Positions 44,768 to 52,764 of a stretch of DNA of 64,000 bases are shown here, piece by piece. This DNA is from Bacteroidia bacterium (lineage in GTDB: Bacteria > Bacteroidota > Bacteroidia > AKYH767-A > OLB10): contig JAGOJO010000006.1 of the NCBI GenBank assembly GCA_017995075.1, forward strand, positions 939-64,938. Direction: 5' to 3'. The notes beneath the pieces were generated by a model. It ran no database searches and had not been told where the DNA came from. It worked only from the letters and a program-made list of their open reading frames with translations. The position numbers and the translations under genes were made by a program. Each line of letters opens with the position of its first letter. The first letter of the stretch is position 1.

Positions 44768-45553
44768 TTAGAAGTTAACAGAAGTCAGCTTAGAGTCGAT
44801 TGTAAATGCAGTCGTAACACCACCAAGATCAATAATTGAGTAGGTAGAACTTCGCACCAAACCCTTTGTTGAATAATACATGTAATAATCAACCCCATCA
44901 TCTTGTCCAGTTGGGCTTGTATCAGATGTAATCACACCCTTTACTCTCACGCAATTAAAAACACCGGCATCAGTTGTCTGCAAATAACCTGCCTCATATT
45001 TACGGTCAAAATAAAATCCAGCACTATAACCAACCGCATGCCAGGATTCTCCAAGAACCATCGGAAATTTCAGAACAGTTAATGATGAATCAGGAAGATA
45101 TAAAGAGTCGGAAAGTACTGACTGAGGCCCACCCTGATGAAATAAAAAATCATTCCGTAAAAAAGAGGACTTAATATCCACGCGAGAAACGAACCAGGCA
45201 GTAATGGCCACAATGTAAAAACCAGTTGGTCGATTTACCAAATAGTAATTACCGGCATTAACAACTCCATCATACGAGCTATCACGAACAGCCATTTTCA
45301 TCACCACCTCTCCATTGATAATTGTATCACCAACCACTTCCATCGTCGACAACCACTTGTTGACCTGAGTCGGCACACTTGAAGGAACAGGAGTCAGTTT
45401 TGATTCTGTATAATACACCCACTTATTACCCAATGTTAGAGGATAAGAGGTTAAACTTACCGGCTGAACCTGCCCATGCGTATCATCACCATCTTTATCA
45501 CAAGCAGATAAAAACAGAACGAAAAAAAACATAATGAGCGTTGTTCGAATCAT
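44768..45553 (-). CDS. hypothetical lipoprotein
   Basis: Lipoprotein signal 'FFFVLFLSACDKDGDD'. Last gene of a minus-strand gene string. Confidence 0.7.
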   Translation of the reverse strand: MIRTTLIMFFFVLFLSACDKDGDDTHGQVQPVSLTSYPLTLGNKWVYYTESKLTPVPSSVPTQVNKWLSTMEVVGDTIINGEVVMKMAVRDSSYDGVVNAGNYYLVNRPTGFYIVAITAWFVSRVDIKSSFLRNDFLFHQGGPQSVLSDSLYLPDSSLTVLKFPMVLGESWHAVGYSAGFYFDRKYEAGYLQTTDAGVFNCVRVKGVITSDTSPTGQDDGVDYYMYYSTKGLVRSSTYSIIDLGGVTTAFTIDSKLTSVNF

Positions 45554-45566
45554 TCGATCAGGTTAA

Positions 45567-45986
45567 TTAGGTCATAGTAGCAATCACCTTCAATTCAATT
45601 GCAATTGGTGTTGGGAGGCAATTAATTTCAACGGTAGTCCGGCAAGGAAGATTATCCTTGAAATACTCTGCATACACTTTATTGTAGATCGGAAAATCAT
45701 CCTTCATATTCGTAAGGAACACAGTTACATCAACAATTTTATCCCAACTGCTGCCAGCATCTTCGAGTATATATTTGATATTCCGAAAAACGGAATGACA
45801 TTGTGTTTCGATATCATACGACAGAATCTTTCCGTTTTCATCAAGCTCCACACCGGGAATCTTCTTGGTTCCACGTTCGCGGGGACCAACTCCTGAGAGA
45901 AACAATAAATCGCCCACACGACGTGCATGTGGATACAAACCTACCGGCTCCGGTGCTTTTGATGAATTAATCTTTGTGTCTGACAT
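45567..45986 (-). CDS. RidA family protein (YjgF/L-PSP)
   Basis: 139 aa with 'GDLLFLSGVGPRE' and 'PCRTTVEINCLP', typical of the RidA/YjgF fold. Confidence 0.85.
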   Translation of the reverse strand: MSDTKINSSKAPEPVGLYPHARRVGDLLFLSGVGPRERGTKKIPGVELDENGKILSYDIETQCHSVFRNIKYILEDAGSSWDKIVDVTVFLTNMKDDFPIYNKVYAEYFKDNLPCRTTVEINCLPTPIAIELKVIATMT

Positions 45987-46027
45987 AATTGAAATAATAC
46001 GCTAATTTACAATTTTTTCTGATTTCC

Positions 46028-47635
46028 TTACTCCTGCCACTTTAAAATTACTTCCTGCTCCCAGTTAGCACGAAGTGTCAGCGTTTCCGGATAGATATAC
46101 ACCGGCTCCGGTTGACGACGACGACCATAATGTGAAAGTGTAAAGCGGTTATTCCGATCAACATCTGTTATCACCCGAAGTCTCATAGTAGCAGCAGGCA
46201 GATGACTAAGGGAAATACTAGAATCTCCCGATAATTTAAACTGCCGGATCAACTCAAATTTTTCATTGGTGAGTTGCAGGAGATACTGCTTTCCTGATGT
46301 GAGTCCTTCCGTTTTGATACTAAGCATTGCCGATGATTTTTCATCCGGAACTGTAAACTCAAAAGTGGTCGTATCATTGGTAACATTGAAAATATCGCTT
46401 ACTGCACCGGGATAAAATTTCAATCTATAACGCGCACCTTCCTTCCAGGGAAAACGCAATTTAAACCGACCCTGCACACCATTCTCCGGCTCAAGCTTCA
46501 TCGTAACAGCCTTCGCACTATCCTCCACCACTTCAACAGAATCGAGTCCATCAGTAATCGGATGCAAAGTACCGAACACTGCATCGGCAGCAGGACCAGC
46601 AGTGGCCGGAGAAGAGCGAAGTAAAATCCTCACCTTCATCGCAGGTTCTTTCACCCCTTTCGCAGGAGCCATCATGACGCGCACTGTATCAAACACCACA
46701 CCCTGATCTGCCACAAGCAATTTAATTGAATCTGCCTCCGGTTGCTGGAAAAGCTTTAGTGTATCATGCTGCTCTGACCAGAAAAATAATTGTCCATTCC
46801 AGGCTTCACCATTCCAACCACTGAAAGAAATACTATCACTTCCCCGATTAAAACCAATCGCCAGTGACTGACGATCTATCCGGCTTACACGGGCAATACG
46901 CGTTTGAGCAGCCTCCTGAACGGAGAGCATCAGCTTTAACACGGTAGTAGAAGGAACGGTTACCGGAAAATCAAGAAAGGCGAATGCTTCTTCCTGTGGG
47001 TTATCACATTTATAGTTATTGTTCTTATCATCCAGGCCGAACACGAGATAATTTCCCGCAGCCATATTACGGATAGAAAACACTCCCTTGTCATTGGTAC
47101 GGGCAAAGTAATCAGGTTTACGCAGGAAGGGAAGTGAATCATCTTCTATAGAACCGGTTTTTCGGTACACCAGCACCGTTATATTCTTCAATAAGGCCAG
47201 TGTCGATGCATCATACACTTCACCGTTCATCTCCAGGGAATCAATATACGAACCTGTCGAAAACACGTATTGAAAATCGACCAATGGATTTGCTTCATGC
47301 ACATCCACAATTGATTTTCCAAAGCTGAGCGTATACGTTGTATTAGGAAGCAGACTATCCGGCAAGGTAATCACCAGCTCCTTCTTTCCCACTTTTACTT
47401 CCGGTAATTTTGAAGTAAGCGGAGAAATAATAAACTGACCTTGAAAATCATTCAACTGTATATATTCATCAAAGCGCAGGCGGATTTCCTTATCCTTCAT
47501 CTCTGTCGTCCGTTGAGAAGGAATCGCCTCTACCAATTCAGGAGCGGAAGTATCTTTTTGTCCTCCTGTAGGATTCACCCGGTTCGCACATGAAGCAACC
47601 AGCAGAAGAATCATCAATTTCAGGATCGACCTCAC
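46028..47635 (-). CDS. Ig-like domain lipoprotein (SbsA-Ig-like N-domain)
   Basis: Lipobox 'LLLVASCAN'. 'DTSAPELVEAIPSQRTTEMKDKEIRLRFDEYIQL' N-domain. The GTG start overlaps the upstream stop (GTGA). Confidence 0.75.
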   Translation of the reverse strand: MRSILKLMILLLVASCANRVNPTGGQKDTSAPELVEAIPSQRTTEMKDKEIRLRFDEYIQLNDFQGQFIISPLTSKLPEVKVGKKELVITLPDSLLPNTTYTLSFGKSIVDVHEANPLVDFQYVFSTGSYIDSLEMNGEVYDASTLALLKNITVLVYRKTGSIEDDSLPFLRKPDYFARTNDKGVFSIRNMAAGNYLVFGLDDKNNNYKCDNPQEEAFAFLDFPVTVPSTTVLKLMLSVQEAAQTRIARVSRIDRQSLAIGFNRGSDSISFSGWNGEAWNGQLFFWSEQHDTLKLFQQPEADSIKLLVADQGVVFDTVRVMMAPAKGVKEPAMKVRILLRSSPATAGPAADAVFGTLHPITDGLDSVEVVEDSAKAVTMKLEPENGVQGRFKLRFPWKEGARYRLKFYPGAVSDIFNVTNDTTTFEFTVPDEKSSAMLSIKTEGLTSGKQYLLQLTNEKFELIRQFKLSGDSSISLSHLPAATMRLRVITDVDRNNRFTLSHYGRRRQPEPVYIYPETLTLRANWEQEVILKWQE

Positions 47636-48135
47636 GCAGTAATAGTATTTGACATTAAACGACCAAGGAGTTTCGCCACCTTACCCAAATAAAGTGCATC
47701 TACCTCATCAAATGTTTTGACTGCTTCACTATCCACATCCAGCACCATTTTTACGGCATCATTAACAAACACCGGAACCACGATTTCTGATTTTGACAAT
47801 GAAGAGCAGGCGATATGTCCGGGAAACTCGTCAACATCATCAACAACTATTGTGCGACCATCTTTCCATGCCGTTCCGCAAACCCCTTTTCCATAAGCAA
47901 TACGTGTACAGGCAAGTGGCCCCTGAAAAGGTCCCAGGACCAACTCTTCAGCTCTTACAAAATAAACACCAACCCAAAAGAACCCGAACGCTTCCTTCAA
48001 CACAGCAATGACGTTCGCCACATTTGCTATCAGATCGGTTTCATCCTCTGTGAGGTGCTCCAATTGTGGAAGCAGGATTTCATATCGTTCCTTCTTTCCG
48101 GCGCCTTCTTCAGCGAGTTGCAGTGATTCAGCCAT
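47632..48135 (-). CDS. GAF domain protein, free methionine-(R)-sulfoxide reductase-like
   Basis: 'LACTRIAYGKGVCGTAW' and 'GHIACSSLSKSEIVVPV' match the fRMsr/YebR Cys motifs. Confidence 0.8.
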   Translation of the reverse strand: MAESLQLAEEGAGKKERYEILLPQLEHLTEDETDLIANVANVIAVLKEAFGFFWVGVYFVRAEELVLGPFQGPLACTRIAYGKGVCGTAWKDGRTIVVDDVDEFPGHIACSSLSKSEIVVPVFVNDAVKMVLDVDSEAVKTFDEVDALYLGKVAKLLGRLMSNTITA

Positions 48136-48158
48136 GTGGCCACAAAGATAATCGCTCC

Positions 48159-48884
48159 TTACAGGCGGGCAAAGGCAATTGTAACAATACTTACCTCTAC
48201 CCCGGGTATTTTCACCAAAGCCTCAGCTGCTGCAGCCAGCGTAGAACCGGTTGTAACTACATCGTCCACCAACAAAACCCGTTTCCCACGCAATAAATCA
48301 GCATTAGCAGGCAAAAACACCTCGGAAACATTTTTAGCCCTTTCAAAACGACTCTTTCGGGTCTGGCTGGCCGTATTTTTATTGCGTTGCAGGCCCTCCG
48401 GCAAATGCGGCACCCCCAACACATCTGAAACACCCTGTCCAAAACTCGCCGCCTGATTATAACCCCTGAAACGCAATTTATGCGCATGCAGCGGAATCGG
48501 AATCACATAATCCGCCCTTGCAAATTGAGGAGCATGGATGAGCTGGTGTCCGCAAAGTTGTCCCAATTTCACCCCAATGTCGGGCCGGTTTTCATACTTT
48601 AACTGATGAATAAGTTTCTGTATTCGCCCACCCTTACTAAAATGACAATAAGCCATAGCCGCCTTCACAGGAACCTTACCCCAAAACTGTTTGATCACGG
48701 GATTCTCTTCCTGCCTTTCAAACCCGGTTACAGGCATGGTCATCAAGCAGGAAACACAAATACCCTCCTCACCTTTCACCAAATGTTCATCGCAAGCTGC
48801 ACAACAAACCGGAAAAAAGAAATTCACGAGATCCTCGAGTAACATACGAATAAATTGAACGCCTGTTTTATTCTTCGTTTTCAT
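48159..48884 (-). CDS. ComF family phosphoribosyltransferase-like protein
   Basis: N-terminal Cys clusters 'CCAACDEHL...CVSC'. PRT motif 'RVLLVDDVVTTGSTL'. Confidence 0.85.
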   Translation of the reverse strand: MKTKNKTGVQFIRMLLEDLVNFFFPVCCAACDEHLVKGEEGICVSCLMTMPVTGFERQEENPVIKQFWGKVPVKAAMAYCHFSKGGRIQKLIHQLKYENRPDIGVKLGQLCGHQLIHAPQFARADYVIPIPLHAHKLRFRGYNQAASFGQGVSDVLGVPHLPEGLQRNKNTASQTRKSRFERAKNVSEVFLPANADLLRGKRVLLVDDVVTTGSTLAAAAEALVKIPGVEVSIVTIAFARL

Positions 48885-48943
48885 ATAAATCTGTTGGTGA
48901 TGTTTACTTTTAGTTCTGAATTAAAATTCCGGGCGTTGCCTTT

Positions 48944-48994
48944 GGCTACAGGCTGCAGGCTACAGGCTACAGGCTACGGGCTGCAGGCTATGGG
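48944..48994. repeat. heptamer tandem array (CTRCAGG)n
   Basis: 'ggctacaggctgcaggctacaggctacaggctacgggctgcaggctatggg': seven consecutive 7-bp units. A degenerate continuation runs to about 49032. Confidence 0.9.
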
Positions 48995-49077
48995 TTAAAT
49001 GCCTTAGGTTGCAGACGGATGGCTGATGGCTGTTTTATCAATTATGTATTGAATGATTATTGTATTTCATTTATATA

Positions 49078-49515
49078 CTAGTATAGTTTTAGTTTTAAAA
49101 AAGTGAATATGATAGATGCTCCAATTACCATTCCGATAAGCACTTTCAAGGAAAAGTCGAAAGTCTTGTTTAATGCATCCATGTATTTTGAAATCCCCCC
49201 TTGTAATTCTTTCAATTCATTTATCACCTTTTCAGCATCCTGATCATTTATTACACCCGCCTTTATTCCAACCAATAATTGAGTCTCTAATTCGAAAGCC
49301 GACCCTAGTGCAATTTCAGCGAATCTATACTTTTCTCTATCCGTTCTTCTTGACGAGCCTTCAGCTAAATTCGAAGGTATCGAAACTGCCGATTTTTTAA
49401 TTTGAGAACCCAAAGAATATTGATTACTGGAAGACAAGCACTGACAAACCTTGTATACTCTCACTGCAATATCCAAACCTTTCACCCAAACATTCAGCTT
49501 TTTAAAATCTTTCAT
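49078..49515 (-). CDS. four-helix-bundle protein (23S rRNA intervening-sequence protein family) with hydrophobic C-terminal extension
   Basis: 'FKKLNVWVKGLDIAVRVYKV...SLGSQIKKSAVSIPSNLAEGSSRRTDREKYRFAEIALGSAFELETQL' matches the family. The ATG at 49515 has a -7 box 11 nt upstream. The last ~25 aa 'LKVLIGMVIGASIIFTFLKLKLY' are TM-like. Confidence 0.85.
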   Translation of the reverse strand: MKDFKKLNVWVKGLDIAVRVYKVCQCLSSSNQYSLGSQIKKSAVSIPSNLAEGSSRRTDREKYRFAEIALGSAFELETQLLVGIKAGVINDQDAEKVINELKELQGGISKYMDALNKTFDFSLKVLIGMVIGASIIFTFLKLKLY

Positions 49516-49526
49516 CTTTTTTATTG

Positions 49527-49534
49527 CAAAATTA
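49527..49534 (-). promoter_or_regulatory. -7 box TAATTTTG upstream of the four-helix-bundle gene
   Basis: Exact TAnnTTTG on the minus strand, 11 nt before the ATG at 49515. Confidence 0.45.
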
Positions 49535-49560
49535 AACTCCAACCAGCAAGAATTCGTCTT

Positions 49561-49600
49561 ACAAACAGATACAAACGAATACAAACGGATACAAACGGAT
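49561..49600. repeat. decamer tandem repeat (ACAAACNNAT)x4
   Basis: 'acaaacagat acaaacgaat acaaacggat acaaacggat', immediately upstream of the four-helix-bundle promoter. Confidence 0.9.
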
Positions 49601-49728
49601 AATTAAGAATCTTAAATAATCTCCATTACTGCTTCTTTCAGAAAAGAATCTACAAATCAAATCCCAAATAACAAATCAGTTTATTATACATCTAAACATT
49701 CTCCTCCCTTTAAACTAATAGCGAGCTA

Positions 49729-49846
49729 GAGGATTGAGGGAAGAAGCCTGAGGCTTGAAGCTTGAGGCCTGAAGCTTGAGAAGCCTGAGGCTTGAAGCTT
49801 GAGGCCTGAAGCTTGAGGCTAACGGCCAACGGCAAACAGCCTTCGG
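49729..49846. repeat. heptamer tandem array (GARGCYT)n containing a perfect 37-bp tandem duplication
   Basis: 'aagcctgaggcttgaagcttgaggcctgaagcttgag' occurs at 49744-49780 and again at 49781-49817. The reverse-complement units CTTCAGG/CCTCAAG match the left-array unit CTRCAGG at 6 of 7 positions. The array runs up to the hflX stop codon. Confidence 0.9.
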
Positions 49847-51076
49847 CTATTCTGCATCGGGCGTGGATTGATCGTAGAGGTAATCGGGGAGTTTGTTGTT
49901 GGGGTAGCGAATGAAGTGAATTTGTTTAACAAGTCCCATCATTGCGGCGCGGAGCTCCTGAATGTTTTGTTTTTCGACTGCGGAAATAAAGATTACAGGG
50001 TTTGTTCCGCGGGCCATCCATGATTTTTTTAATTCATCGAGGGTGAGGTGCTCTGGTCCGCGCTCGGAAAGATCATCTTCATCAAGATGCACATGCTTGT
50101 ATGCATCAATTTTATTGAAGACGAGTAACACCGGTTTATCCAATGCACCTATCTCTTGCAGCGTTTCGTTAACGACCGTGATATGCTCTTCAAAATTCGG
50201 ATGCGAAATATCAACTACATGCACAAGGATATCTGCTTCACGCACTTCATCGAGTGTTGATTTGAAAGACTCTACCAAATCATGTGGTAATTTCCGAATG
50301 AACCCAACTGTATCGGATAATAAAAACGGAATGTCCTCTATTACAACTTTTCGTACTGTTGTGTCGAGTGTAGCAAAAAGTTTATTTTCTGCAAAAACCT
50401 CACTCTTACTGAGCAAGTTCATTAAGGTGCTTTTTCCGACGTTGGTATAACCTACAAGGGCCACACGTACCATTTCTGACCGGCGTTTCCGCTGAGTGAC
50501 ACTTTGTTTATCAATTTCAATCAGGCGCTCCCGGAGTCGTGCCAGTTTATCACGAATTACGCGGCGGTCGGTTTCGATTTCTGTTTCACCCGGACCACGT
50601 AATCCAATACCACCCTTCTGCCGCTCAAGGTGAGTCCACATCCGTGTGAGCCGTGGTAAGAGATACTTGTATTGCGCCAACTCGACCTGCGTACGCGCCT
50701 GTGCAGTTCGGGCACGTTTTGCAAAAATATCGAGTATCAATGTAGTGCGATCCAACACTCTGCAGCCGATTACCTTTTCGATATTTCGTAACTGCGATGG
50801 CGTTAGTTCATCATCGAAGATGGCAATCTGAATATCATTGGCTTTAATAAACGTTATGATCTCCTCCATCTTTCCCTTCCCGACAAAGGTTTTAAAATCG
50901 GGATGATCGAGCTTCTGAGTAAACCGCTTGATTGTTACGGCACCGGCTGTTTCAGCAAGGAATGCCAATTCATCGAGGTACTCGGTTACTTTCTCCGTAT
51001 CCTGCGTACGGGTAATAAGGCCAATAAGGATTACCCTTTCAGCTACTTTGGTTAAATCAAGTGGAGTATGCGGCAA
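49847..51076 (-). CDS. hflX: GTPase HflX
   Basis: HflX N-domain, then G motifs 'GYTNVGKST','DTVGF','NKID'. TTG start at 51076; there is no nearby in-frame ATG. Confidence 0.9.
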   Translation of the reverse strand: MPHTPLDLTKVAERVILIGLITRTQDTEKVTEYLDELAFLAETAGAVTIKRFTQKLDHPDFKTFVGKGKMEEIITFIKANDIQIAIFDDELTPSQLRNIEKVIGCRVLDRTTLILDIFAKRARTAQARTQVELAQYKYLLPRLTRMWTHLERQKGGIGLRGPGETEIETDRRVIRDKLARLRERLIEIDKQSVTQRKRRSEMVRVALVGYTNVGKSTLMNLLSKSEVFAENKLFATLDTTVRKVVIEDIPFLLSDTVGFIRKLPHDLVESFKSTLDEVREADILVHVVDISHPNFEEHITVVNETLQEIGALDKPVLLVFNKIDAYKHVHLDEDDLSERGPEHLTLDELKKSWMARGTNPVIFISAVEKQNIQELRAAMMGLVKQIHFIRYPNNKLPDYLYDQSTPDAE

Positions 51077-51151
51077 GTAATAGTGTTTTAAGAATGATAG
51101 AGCCGTTCCGGAAGAAAGAATGGTGCGTTAATCTGCAGCCGGGTTACTTTC

Positions 51152-51610
51152 TTAGAACCAGCCTCTTCCCATACCAACTTCTCTGAACGGCCAGGGAATA
51201 GAAATGAGAATAAGAATAAGTGCGATGGTGAAATACAAGGCCTGTGCTTTGTACTTGTCCTGATCGGAGGAAGCTTTCTTGGCTTTGATATGTCCGACAG
51301 TAAGCAATGCAATAGCCACAATCATCATAGTGATGTGTTCTACTGCCCAATAACGATTGAGACTATCTTTCATTGTAGCACCCATATTCTGCAAAGCCTG
51401 TTGAACAATCGGGCTCACCATATATAATACAGTACCGAACACCAACTGAAGATGGGCAGAAATAAGGGTAAACAAGGATAATTTTTTATCTCCAGGACCA
51501 AAAGCTTTGCCGCCTGAACGACCTTGAAGAGCCTTAATCACAACGGTGATCAACAGGATTAACAATATCCAGCGCAGGAGGCTGTGGAAGTGTAATAAAC
51601 CGATATACAT
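51152..51610 (-). CDS. small integral membrane protein (4 TM), unknown function
   Basis: 152 aa starting 'MYIGLLHFHSLLRWILLILL', with His-containing TM helices. A -7 box lies 20 nt upstream. Confidence 0.7.
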   Translation of the reverse strand: MYIGLLHFHSLLRWILLILLITVVIKALQGRSGGKAFGPGDKKLSLFTLISAHLQLVFGTVLYMVSPIVQQALQNMGATMKDSLNRYWAVEHITMMIVAIALLTVGHIKAKKASSDQDKYKAQALYFTIALILILISIPWPFREVGMGRGWF

Positions 51611-51630
51611 AGTTCTTTAGTTTGGGTATA

Positions 51631-51638
51631 CAAAAGTA
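51631..51638 (-). promoter_or_regulatory. -7 box TACTTTTG upstream of 51152..51610
   Basis: Exact TAnnTTTG on the minus strand, 20 nt before the ATG at 51610. Confidence 0.45.
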
Positions 51639-51771
51639 GGACATTTCACCATCCCCCGAAAGTGGTTCTTTCTGTCATGGGGTTGTCAAACAAATGACAA
51701 ATACCTGACTTGCGTATGGAATTTTCCCCGGCCGGGCATCGTTCTGCTATAAATACCTAACAGGAACGACT

Positions 51772-52587
51772 ATGAACATCTTCGGAAAAAACTGGGACGA
51801 CCCCATTGCACAGGAACGACTTGAAATTGTATTTGAAAACAGAAACCATGACTACGGCGCCTACCTCATCCGCCGCAGGTACAACAGGACCATTCTGTTC
51901 GCCTTTCTATCCACACTTACATTTGCTATGCTGTTGGCCCTCACACCGACCATTCTAGCCTGGATCTACCCTGAAAAAATCAGTACGGAAGAACGGGTTC
52001 GCGAAGTGGTTGTAGAATTTCTGAATGTAGACACTCAGGAAGAAATCTACGAACAGAAAAAAGAGGAGTTGAAAGAGGAATTCAAAAGCAAACCTACACC
52101 CTCCGGACCTACAGAACAGTTTACCAATCTCAAAGTAAGTGATACCGACAGCAGCAACATAAAGACACAAGACCAGCTGAGTAACACTGTTGTGGCCACC
52201 AAAACCAATAAAAGTGACAGCACCAATATTGTTGACCCGCTCCCCGACACAAAGCCCTCAGGAGGCGGACAAGAAGTCAAGAAATGGGCTGAAGTAATGC
52301 CCTCATTTATTGGAGGAGAAGCAGCGATGATGGAATATCTGCGCAAGAACATCAAATTCCCTGCAGCAGCCCGCGAAGAAGGGATAACAGGAACAGTGTA
52401 TGTCAAGTTTGTTGTCAACAAAAACGGAGAAGTAGTTAATGTAGAATTATTGCGAGGTATAGGTGGTGGATGTGAAGAGGTTGCCATCAAAGCCATCCGC
52501 AATATGCCCAAATGGAATCCCGGAATGCAAAACGGAGAACCGGTCAATGTACAATACAATTTACCTGTTTCCTTCCTACTACATTAA
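51772..52587 (+). CDS. tonB: energy transducer TonB
   Basis: N-terminal anchor helix, Glu/Lys/Pro-rich linker, and a TonB_C domain 'AREEGITGTVYVKFVVNKNGEVVNVELLRGIGGGCEEVAIKAIRNMPKWNPGMQNGEPV'. Confidence 0.85.
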   Translation: MNIFGKNWDDPIAQERLEIVFENRNHDYGAYLIRRRYNRTILFAFLSTLTFAMLLALTPTILAWIYPEKISTEERVREVVVEFLNVDTQEEIYEQKKEELKEEFKSKPTPSGPTEQFTNLKVSDTDSSNIKTQDQLSNTVVATKTNKSDSTNIVDPLPDTKPSGGGQEVKKWAEVMPSFIGGEAAMMEYLRKNIKFPAAAREEGITGTVYVKFVVNKNGEVVNVELLRGIGGGCEEVAIKAIRNMPKWNPGMQNGEPVNVQYNLPVSFLLH

Positions 52588-52606
52588 GCTACCCCTCCTC
52601 CTTTCA

Positions 52607-52637
52607 AGCCATCTGCCAAACAACAGGTGGCTTTTTT
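52607..52637 (+). terminator. rho-independent terminator after tonB
   Basis: Stem agccatctg/caggtggct (one G-U pair) followed by 'tttttt'. Confidence 0.7.
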
Positions 52638-52744
52638 CATTCCTCTATCCCTAAATCGGGTGAATACGTACGTTTGAACCCGTTATTTGGTCGTTTACCT
52701 CATCCGGTTGGTCTAATTCTCCAGGATAAATGCTCCAAACACCT

Positions 52745-52752
52745 TAATTTTG
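52745..52752 (+). promoter_or_regulatory. -7 box TAATTTTG upstream of the M1 aminopeptidase
   Basis: Exact TAnnTTTG, 12 nt before the ATG at 52765. The track's TTG start at 52750 lies inside this box. Confidence 0.45.
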
Positions 52753-52764
52753 ACTTTGCAGATT

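Noticed and set aside
48944-49846. Short tandem repeats considered as a possible CRISPR array
   Set aside because: The periods are 7 bp and 10 bp with no unique spacers of 25-40 bp, and there are no cas genes. These are simple tandem arrays.
49962-50450. 162-aa plus-strand ORF
   Set aside because: It is antisense to hflX, which carries the G1-G4 motifs on the minus strand. The product is Ser/Cys-rich and of low complexity.
52047-52559. 170-aa minus-strand ORF
   Set aside because: It is antisense to tonB, whose product has a clear TonB_C domain. The shadow ORF has no motifs or promoter.
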